Shown: in pieces, positions 24,319 through 30,087 of the stretch | How the letters are laid out: each line of letters opens with the position of its first letter | How positions within the stretch are numbered: the first letter of the stretch is position 1 | The notes under the pieces: generated by a model | Database searches by the model: none | What the model saw: the letters and a program-made list of their open reading frames with translations, nothing else | What the model was told of the DNA's origin: nothing | From: Christensenellales bacterium | GTDB lineage: Bacteria; Bacillota; Clostridia; Christensenellales; Maliibacteriaceae | Length of the DNA stretch: 30,087 bases | Direction of reading: 5' to 3' | Assembly: GCA_050944255.1 (NCBI GenBank) | Contig: JBMNQS010000021.1 | Coordinates: 1-30,087 of the forward strand | Translations under genes and position numbers: made by a program

Positions 24319-25032
24319 ATGAAAAAGACGGCCCTACTTCTCCTGCCGTTTATCTTTGCAGGCATATTTTTATCCGGGTGTGCCAGCATCGGACAGATCG
24401 AAGCTCCCGGCGTGAATATCGCAGGCGATGGGATCGGGCGCATGGATGTGGCCGCGGCTGTCCAGGTCGTTGCCATTGACGCGGGACACTCCAATGAACC
24501 GGGGGACAAGCATACCGATCCCGCGTACGATCCTGCCATGACGCCCGAATGGGTATTGAACGACCGCATCGCCGCCCGGGTGGAGAAAATCCTTGAGGAC
24601 TACGACGTGAAGGTGGTGCGCACCGACGATGTCACCGGCGCCACCAACGTGCCGCTGGACGAGCGCTGCCGCATAGCGAATGAGGCCGGCGCCGACGTGT
24701 TTGTCAGCATCCATCACAATGCCGGCGGCGGTACGGGCATCGTGGTCTACAGGCATGAGCAGGCCGATGACCAAGACACCCGGGCGCTTCAGGATACGGT
24801 CTATGACGCGCTGATTGAAAAGACCGGCAATACCGGCAACCGCCGGACCCCGAAGGATACGGAGGACTTTTTAGTGCTCAGAAAGACCCGGATGCCCGCC
24901 GTTTTATGTGAAATGGGCTATATGGACCATCCGGTGGATACGCCTCTGATCCTCACGGAGGAATACGCCGAAAAGTGCGCCCAGGCGCTGGCCGAGGCGT
25001 TGGTTGCCTACGGAGGGCTCGAGAAGCGGTGA
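24319..25032 (+). CDS. N-acetylmuramoyl-L-alanine amidase (Amidase_3) lipoprotein
   Basis: Lipobox MKKTALLLLPFIFAGIFLSGC. AIDAGHS...DERCRIANEAGADVFVSIHHNAGGG...E.GYMDH are Amidase_3 zinc-site motifs. Confidence 0.85.
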   Translation: MKKTALLLLPFIFAGIFLSGCASIGQIEAPGVNIAGDGIGRMDVAAAVQVVAIDAGHSNEPGDKHTDPAYDPAMTPEWVLNDRIAARVEKILEDYDVKVVRTDDVTGATNVPLDERCRIANEAGADVFVSIHHNAGGGTGIVVYRHEQADDQDTRALQDTVYDALIEKTGNTGNRRTPKDTEDFLVLRKTRMPAVLCEMGYMDHPVDTPLILTEEYAEKCAQALAEALVAYGGLEKR

Positions 25033-25136
25033 GGCGTTTATCCGCAAGGCGCCGCCTGTGCGGTGGGGCCGGTTTGCATTGGATAAGGGTGCAAAGGCCG
25101 TTTATCTGCAGGCGCAGGACAGATTTTCCAATATAG

Positions 25137-25169
25137 AAAAAGCCGCCGGGCTGGGTCCCGGCGGTTTTT
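25137..25169. terminator. Bidirectional rho-independent terminator between the convergent amidase and AAA+ genes
   Basis: aaaaa, then gccgccggg (25142-25150), then cccggcgg (25157-25164), then ttttt. Confidence 0.75.
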
Positions 25170-25207
25170 GATCATCCGTTTAAATATAGGCGCGGGAAGG
25201 CGAAAAA

Positions 25208-27589
25208 TCAGCCCTTGTAGTCGCTGCGCCGGTAGACGCGCAGGCCCACCCGGCTCATCAGCGCGATGGTGTCCCGTCCGGCGTCCTTGAATAACTGCTT
25301 GCCGCCTTCGGGCAGTTCGTCCCATTCCAGCAGATAGGGGGACGTCTTTTGCTCGACGCTGAAATCGGGTCCGTGTTTCCAGCCGTCGTCTTCCAGGCGG
25401 CCTTTCCACGCGGCGTGATGGGCTTTGCCCAGCTCCAGAATTTCGTAGGTCGTGAAGGAATCCACCGTCGGATAGCGGGTTTCGCCGGCGTCGTAGTAGC
25501 AGCCGATGCTCCTGAGGCACTCGCCCATCTGCGCCGCCTGCCCGATGAGCTGATGCTGCTGGGCCGGCGTAAGATTCTCCCATGGGGAAGGCGGCGCCTG
25601 GGCCAGCGGGCTGTCGTCCTGGCAGGCCTTTTCGTGCAGGACCCTGGCCAGGGGCATGGTGTAGCTTGAAAGGGACACGTCGCGAAGCACAAGGCGCATG
25701 AACGCCTCGGCGTTCACATGCAGGTTCAGTTGATCGAAAGAGGGGAGATCCGCCGCGTTCCAGCGCTTGCGCTCCCCGATACGGCTCATGTCCAAAATGG
25801 CCTGCATGCTCCTGGCGCCGTGACGGTATTCGGGTACCAGAAGCATGGCCCGAAGGACGTTTTCGTCGATGAAGGCGCCGTAGGCGTCCGCATCGTCCAG
25901 ACCGAAGCGGCGCTCCAGCATCGTGCACAGAAGCAGCGCCCGGCGCAGGATGTAATTCTGGTCCTGGGCGTCTCTGGGATTGGGGCCCAGAACATTGATG
26001 GTGCCTCGCAGGCGGCTGACAAAATCCGGGCCCTTTACGTCCTGGAAGGCCTTTTTCTGCTTCCAGTGATCCGAGCGCATGGGCAGAGTGAAATTCTCAA
26101 AGCTGACGGCGGTGGCCCCCGCGAACACGAAAATACAGTTGCCGATGGGATGCACCTGTGTGCCGTCCTTGAATACGCCGTCCTGCATGGGCATCAGAAA
26201 GCTCTTGAGCCAGCCCAGGTCGCGGCCGTCCTTGTCCGAATCGAACTCGTCGAAAAAGACCAGAGGCAATTTGCCCATCAGCGCCACGTCGCGAATCCGG
26301 TGGAAGGCATAGGTCAAGTCCTGATCCGAAGTGAACTGGGAGACGTTAAAGGCGATGTCCTGCACCACGCCGGGCAATAGATGCGTGGCGATGCGTGTGA
26401 CGCCGAATGTCTTGCCGCTGCCCGGCGCGCCGAATACGGCGATGGACAGGGGCTTTGTGGACTTGCTGGAGGCGTAGTGCAGGATCAGGTTCTTGATGTT
26501 CTGATACGCCTCGATCTCGCTGCGGTCAATGGTCACCAGGCTTCCCAGCTGCAGCCTGGGCAGGCCGCGCAGGTAATTGAAGCCGTAAAATACGGTGTTG
26601 AACGCCAGCGCCGCCGGCGTCTGGTCGTGGAAGCCGTCTGTGATGCACCAGTAGTTCGGATCGGAGCCCTCGGTGGGATCGGTGTCCGGCACCGAAAAGG
26701 TGCGCACCTTCATCTGGGCGATGAGGCTGTCGTTGAAGGTGATGCCCTGCCGCATCAGCTCGGGCAGGTAACCCACTCGAAGCAGCGACAGCGCCGCACG
26801 CATAATGATGTCGGCGGAAAGTTTCGCTTCGCCCTCCAGCACGCAGGCGAACTGCAGCGCCGTCTGGTAGACGATCATGGGCCAGGTGTCCGGAAGGAGC
26901 CCCACCGCCTGGTCCCGGGCGGTGCCCTCGGCGTTGCCGCTGGCCAGAATGATGCAGGCCTTGAGGCTGCCCGCCTCATTGCGGATATACACCGCCGCCT
27001 CCTCGGCGCAGGGGATCAGTATGTGCCCGGACAAGAGAAGATGCGACAGGTCATGATTGCTCCTGAACTGCCAGAGAAGATCGGTGGCGGTGCGCTCCCA
27101 GGAGATGCCCCGGGAGATCATGGCGCCGCTGCTTCGAAGAAGATCCGCGTCAACCAGAAGAAAACAGCGCCCGGACAGGGCCTTCATCTGATCGGACGAG
27201 GGAAGCCTCTTGTTGCTGGCCCACAGGACCAGGCCCGATTCGGGAACCTCGATATCGTCCCAGCCTTCGTCCCAGACCACGGCGGCATCCGCATCCTCGC
27301 AGGTGATGGTCATGGGATCGAAATCGCTGTAGCCGATGTGCCGGCTGACCAGGAAACGATCCTTCACCTCGTCCTTGGCCGGAGGATAGATGTTCAGCTC
27401 CATATATTCGGTTTTGCACTCATCGGGCAGCATATAGCGCTGCGAATCTTTATCGAGCATGGCGCCGATCTGCGCCGCGCCCGATCGAAGCGTGAACTGA
27501 TGGTATATATCTTCTCCGGAAGAGGGCCTCTCCCCATAGAAAAACGTTCGTTTCCAGCTGTGGCCGGCCACCGCCAGCGATTGACTCAT
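25208..27589 (-). CDS. 793-aa multidomain protein: unassigned N-terminal domain of about 380 aa, AAA+ ATPase, helical linker, C-terminal RyR (ryanodine-receptor repeat) domain
   Basis: Walker A GAPGSGKT (26408-26431). Walker B LVFFDEFD (26240-26263). Sensor-1-like FVFAGAT, SRLRG Arg-finger region, YRHGARS sensor-2-like. RyR-like HAAWKGRLEDDGWKHGPDFSVEQKTSPYLLEWDELPEGGKQLFKDAGRD (about 25229-25444). RBS GGAGGAAAGG. Confidence 0.85.
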   Translation of the reverse strand: MSQSLAVAGHSWKRTFFYGERPSSGEDIYHQFTLRSGAAQIGAMLDKDSQRYMLPDECKTEYMELNIYPPAKDEVKDRFLVSRHIGYSDFDPMTITCEDADAAVVWDEGWDDIEVPESGLVLWASNKRLPSSDQMKALSGRCFLLVDADLLRSSGAMISRGISWERTATDLLWQFRSNHDLSHLLLSGHILIPCAEEAAVYIRNEAGSLKACIILASGNAEGTARDQAVGLLPDTWPMIVYQTALQFACVLEGEAKLSADIIMRAALSLLRVGYLPELMRQGITFNDSLIAQMKVRTFSVPDTDPTEGSDPNYWCITDGFHDQTPAALAFNTVFYGFNYLRGLPRLQLGSLVTIDRSEIEAYQNIKNLILHYASSKSTKPLSIAVFGAPGSGKTFGVTRIATHLLPGVVQDIAFNVSQFTSDQDLTYAFHRIRDVALMGKLPLVFFDEFDSDKDGRDLGWLKSFLMPMQDGVFKDGTQVHPIGNCIFVFAGATAVSFENFTLPMRSDHWKQKKAFQDVKGPDFVSRLRGTINVLGPNPRDAQDQNYILRRALLLCTMLERRFGLDDADAYGAFIDENVLRAMLLVPEYRHGARSMQAILDMSRIGERKRWNAADLPSFDQLNLHVNAEAFMRLVLRDVSLSSYTMPLARVLHEKACQDDSPLAQAPPSPWENLTPAQQHQLIGQAAQMGECLRSIGCYYDAGETRYPTVDSFTTYEILELGKAHHAAWKGRLEDDGWKHGPDFSVEQKTSPYLLEWDELPEGGKQLFKDAGRDTIALMSRVGLRVYRRSDYKG

Positions 27590-27649
27590 AACCTTTCCTC
27601 CTATAGGATGATAAGAGATGGTGATGGAAATTCATGCCATCACAACTCA

Positions 27650-27678
27650 AGTATATCGTGATTCATCCGGCGGCGCAA
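27650..27678 (-). promoter_or_regulatory. Candidate sigmaA promoter TTGCGC-17-TATACT (minus strand) for the AAA+/RyR gene
   Basis: -35 is the reverse complement of 27673-27678, and -10 the reverse complement of 27650-27655. A 7-bp hairpin (27621-27627/27637-27643) lies in the predicted 5' UTR. Confidence 0.4.
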
Positions 27679-27795
27679 GCGAGCCGTTATCGGATATTGT
27701 GTGTCGAAACCGTGCATCTTAACGCAGAAAATCGACCGCTTACCGGCAAAGAACCTACCTGTAAGCCAAATCAGGTATCGCGCCGGCTGCAAGGC

Positions 27796-27804
27796 TGATA
27801 TAAT
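27796..27804 (+). promoter_or_regulatory. Extended -10 element TGATATAAT upstream of the second LytTR gene
   Basis: tgatataat at 27796-27804, 26 nt upstream of the GTG at 27830. The -35 is weak. Confidence 0.45.
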
Positions 27805-27829
27805 GCCACCAGGGAAAGGAGGGAAGCTC

Positions 27830-28294
27830 GTGAAGATAAAAATAGAGGTCACGGACGATCTTGCCGAGGACGAAATCACCATCCGCTGCAAAACGGTGGA
27901 CGAAAATATCATGCGGCTGCACGACGCCATCCGCCAGCAGGCGCAAATGAGCCGCAAAATCGTCTTCTACAAGCAGAACCTGGAATGCTATTTTCCCATC
28001 GACGAGGTGCTCTTCTTCGAGACGGATGCGCAGCGGGTGTTCGCCCACACCGTGAGCGACAGCTATCGCATACGCCTTCGCCTCTATGAGCTGGAGGAAA
28101 TGCTCCCCAAACAGTTTGTGCGGGCGGCAAAGTCCACCATCGTCAATACGTCCAAAATTTTTGCCATCACAAGCGACCTGACCGCCTCCAGATTGATACG
28201 GTTTTCCGGCACGCACAAACAGGTGTACGTGTCAAGACACTACTACAGGGCCCTCAGGGACCGGCTGACTGAAAGGAGCACTCATAATGAATAA
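27830..28294 (+). CDS. LytTR-family DNA-binding protein without a receiver domain, 154 aa
   Basis: IVFYKQNLECYFPIDEVLFFETDAQRVFAHTVSDSYRIRLRLYELEEMLPKQFVRAAKSTIVNTSKI...YVSRHYYRALRDRL is the LytTR pattern. The GTG at 27830 lies 7 nt after GGAGG (27818-27822). Confidence 0.85.
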   Translation: MKIKIEVTDDLAEDEITIRCKTVDENIMRLHDAIRQQAQMSRKIVFYKQNLECYFPIDEVLFFETDAQRVFAHTVSDSYRIRLRLYELEEMLPKQFVRAAKSTIVNTSKIFAITSDLTASRLIRFSGTHKQVYVSRHYYRALRDRLTERSTHNE

Positions 28295-29027
28295 CAAAAA
28301 TTGGTTTTGGGGCGTGTACCTGATACTGGCGGCGGCGCTTTTGATTGCCTCGCAGTTCGTATCCTTTGCCGCCATCGGCTTTTGGAGCATCGTGGCCACC
28401 ATATTGCTGGTCGCCATGATCATCCAGAGCCTCATCCGCAGGCATTACCCGTTCGTGCTTGTGCCTGCGGCCATACTCTACGTGATTTACCAAAAACCCC
28501 TTGGCCTGGCCTACGTTTCGCCCTGGATGCTCATCACGGCGGCGGTGCTGGCCGCCATCGGCCTTTCGCTGATCTTCAGAAAGCATCCGGAGCACTTCTT
28601 CTGCTCGCATACCAAAGGGCATAGCCACGGAGCCTGCGAACATTACGCCGTCAGCGAAGCGGGCGAAAGCCAGGGCAATCAGGACGACAACAACCCTTAT
28701 GCAAAGGTGCGTTTCGGCTCGGTGAGCCGCTACCTTCATTCCACAAACCTGACCGCGGGCCACTTTGCCGTCAGCTTTGGCGCCATCGAAGTCTTTATGG
28801 AGGAAGCCCAGATCGATCCCGCCGGCGCGCAGATTTTCCTGGAGTGCAGCTTCGGCGCCATCACACTGTATGTCCCCAAGCACTGGAATGTGGTGGACCG
28901 CACCAACAAGGCCTTCGGCGGCGTGGAGATCGATACGAGGATACACCGCCCGGCCGAAGGCGCGGCGCCCACGCTGGTGCTGACCGGCAACGTCAACTTT
29001 GGCGGCGTGGAGGTCCGGTACGTCTGA
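28287..29027 (+). CDS. LiaF-like membrane protein (N-terminal TM segments + C-terminal LiaF/DUF2154-type beta-rich domain)
   Basis: Three to four TM helices come first. The repetitive pattern FGAIEVFM...FLECSFGAITLYVP...AFGGVEID...LTGNVNFGGVEVRYV is typical of the LiaF C-terminal domain. The start ATG overlaps the LytTR stop (ATAATGA). Confidence 0.7.
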   Translation: MNNKNWFWGVYLILAAALLIASQFVSFAAIGFWSIVATILLVAMIIQSLIRRHYPFVLVPAAILYVIYQKPLGLAYVSPWMLITAAVLAAIGLSLIFRKHPEHFFCSHTKGHSHGACEHYAVSEAGESQGNQDDNNPYAKVRFGSVSRYLHSTNLTAGHFAVSFGAIEVFMEEAQIDPAGAQIFLECSFGAITLYVPKHWNVVDRTNKAFGGVEIDTRIHRPAEGAAPTLVLTGNVNFGGVEVRYV

Positions 29028-29057
29028 ACCGCTGAAAATTCCGCGAAGCCATAAAGA

Positions 29058-29100
29058 AGCCATAAATCCGTCATCTTCAGGGCGGATTTATGGCTTTATC
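29058..29100. terminator. Terminator hairpin after the LytTR/LiaF-like operon
   Basis: agccataaatccg (29058-29070) pairs with cggatttatggct (29083-29095), followed by ttat. Confidence 0.55.
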
Positions 29101-29198
29101 CGGGGTGTTTTGCAACGGCGCCATCATCAATAAGGCTGCCGGCCTGCACTATCTGGCCTGCGGATATACCGGGGCGAGCGCCGTCGGGCAAGAGGGGA

Positions 29199-29618
29199 CT
29201 ATCCGCTCAGGGTGCCGGCAAATAAATCATAAAGCCGGGGCAGGGTCCGCTTTAAATTGACGGGGCGGCCCTGACGGCCCATGTAGCAGTGCCCGCTTTC
29301 GCCGACGGTTCTCAATTGGCCCGTCTCGCTGTCCTCGATGCGGTACGCAACCGTCATGCGCGCAGGCGTCATGGCGGTGATGCGGCTGTAAATCTTTACC
29401 GTCTCGCCGTAGCGGATCATGGATTTATACTCGGCTGATACGGACAGCACAGCGAAGCTGACGCTCGCATCCTCGGCATTTTTATAGGTGAAGCCAAGCT
29501 GCTCCATGAAGTCGGTTCTGGCCTCCTCAAACCACCGGATGTAGTTGGCGTGGTGGATGATGCCCATCTGGTCGGTTTCATAGTACTGTGTTTTGCGGAT
29601 ATAAGGCTTGATTTCCAT
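29199..29618 (-). CDS. Acyl-CoA thioesterase, hotdog fold (YbgC/4HBT family), 139 aa
   Basis: MEIKPYIRKTQYYETDQMGIIHHANYIRWFEEAR is the 4HBT catalytic N-terminus (xxD..G.V.HA.Y). The ATG at 29618 was chosen over the long ORF start at 29756. Confidence 0.85.
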   Translation of the reverse strand: MEIKPYIRKTQYYETDQMGIIHHANYIRWFEEARTDFMEQLGFTYKNAEDASVSFAVLSVSAEYKSMIRYGETVKIYSRITAMTPARMTVAYRIEDSETGQLRTVGESGHCYMGRQGRPVNLKRTLPRLYDLFAGTLSG

Positions 29619-29661
29619 ACTCGTCCTTTCAGCATCCGATGGGGCAGGGGGCGCTATCGCT

Positions 29662-30087
29662 CTAAAGGGCCTTTTCGTACAGGTAAAACAGCCCTTTGCG
29701 GAAATGTACGTCGCCCACGTAACGGTATCCGTTGTTCTCATACAGGCGCAGGGCATGGGGGTTTAGGGAAAAGGCGTCCAGACGCATGGATCCGGCGCCG
29801 TTTTCCCGGGCGTAACGCTCCGAGCAGGCAAGGGCGCGCGCGGCGATACCCCTGTTCTGGTACCTGGGGTCCACGCACAGCCGATGAAGCACGTAAAAGG
29901 GTTCGCCATAGCGCCACGGGGCCCCGTGATACTGCTCGTCGCAGTCCCGGTTCAAAGTGAATGCGCAGGCGATCTCACCATCGCAGAGAAGCACAAACAT
30001 CTCGCCCGCCGCAATGTCGCTTTGGATGTCCGGCCTTGCCGGATAAACCTCGTCCCATTGCGGGATGCCGCATTCGTTCATATGGCG
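29662..30087 (-). CDS. GNAT family N-acetyltransferase, probably 5'-truncated by the window end
   Basis: HRLCVDPRYQNRGIAARAL (acetyl-CoA binding Q/RxxGxG/A), NPHALRLYENNGY. The frame stays open to the window edge, and the N-terminal beta1-alpha1 of the fold appears to be missing. Confidence 0.8.
   Translation of the reverse strand, partial: RHMNECGIPQWDEVYPARPDIQSDIAAGEMFVLLCDGEIACAFTLNRDCDEQYHGAPWRYGEPFYVLHRLCVDPRYQNRGIAARALACSERYARENGAGSMRLDAFSLNPHALRLYENNGYRYVGDVHFRKGLFYLYEKAL

Noticed and set aside
25038-25928. 296-aa minus-strand ORF overlapping the 3' end of the AAA+ gene in another frame
   Set aside because: It is an extremely Arg/Pro/Gly-rich out-of-frame read-through that runs across the intergenic terminator, so it is not coding.
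25718-27661. Plus-strand ORFs 25718-26380 (220 aa) and 26381-27661 (426 aa) opposite the AAA+/RyR gene
   Set aside because: They are antisense artefacts, rich in Gly, Ala, Arg and His with no motifs. The minus-strand frame carries Walker A/B and RyR signatures, an RBS and a terminator.
28254-29063. 269-aa minus-strand ORF opposite the LiaF-like gene, and similar antisense ORFs at 15593-16402, 16255-16959, 11137-11781, 12879-13478, 7924-8619 and 4131-4682
   Set aside because: All lie opposite genes with clear family motifs and show the skewed Arg/Gly/His/Pro composition expected of antisense frames in GC-rich DNA.
20840-29100. Possibility that the accessory block after the tRNA cluster is an integrated genomic island or prophage remnant
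   Set aside because: I found no integrase, recombinase or transposase gene and no duplicated tRNA-Thr 3' end (att-like direct repeat). Base composition and codon style look like the rest of the window. The region is accessory in content, but mobility is unsupported.

Overview
High-GC (about 60%) chromosomal window that looks like a spore-forming Clostridia/Firmicutes genome, based on scpA-scpB-ytfI-ytfJ, cmk-plsC-ispH::rpsA fusion, Gram-positive RBS and promoter signals, and a Cheo-type LexA box. Positions 1-19.8 kb are almost all plus-strand housekeeping genes. They are a transaldolase-family aldolase (minus strand), DacB-like carboxypeptidase, M50 protease, ScpA/ScpB, a GNAT, YtfI/YtfJ, a LytTR+DUF3021 pair, RluB, a four-gene Na+-translocating oxaloacetate decarboxylase operon with a separate biotin carrier, SurE, an RpiR-family regulator, an HI0933-type flavoprotein, Cmk, PlsC and an IspH-S1 fusion. 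A six-tRNA operon (Pro, Glu, CAT/Ile2-like, Asp, Phe, Thr) lies at 20.24-20.84 kb. Downstream of it the content becomes accessory. It holds a nitroreductase, a radical-SAM + DUF4130 putative DNA-repair pair preceded by a near-consensus LexA box, a lipoprotein amidase, and a monocistronic 793-aa protein (unassigned 380-aa N-domain + AAA+ ATPase + C-terminal RyR domain). That gene is transcribed divergently from a receiver-less LytTR regulator + LiaF-like membrane protein pair, followed by a thioesterase and a partial GNAT. No CRISPR array, rRNA, transposase or integrase was seen. The best candidate for an undescribed system is the AAA+/RyR gene, possibly together with the divergent LytTR module. 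The second is the LexA-box-controlled radical-SAM/DUF4130 cassette, whose second gene has no canonical start codon upstream of its conserved N-terminus. All homology calls come from motif recognition by eye, because no searches could be run.
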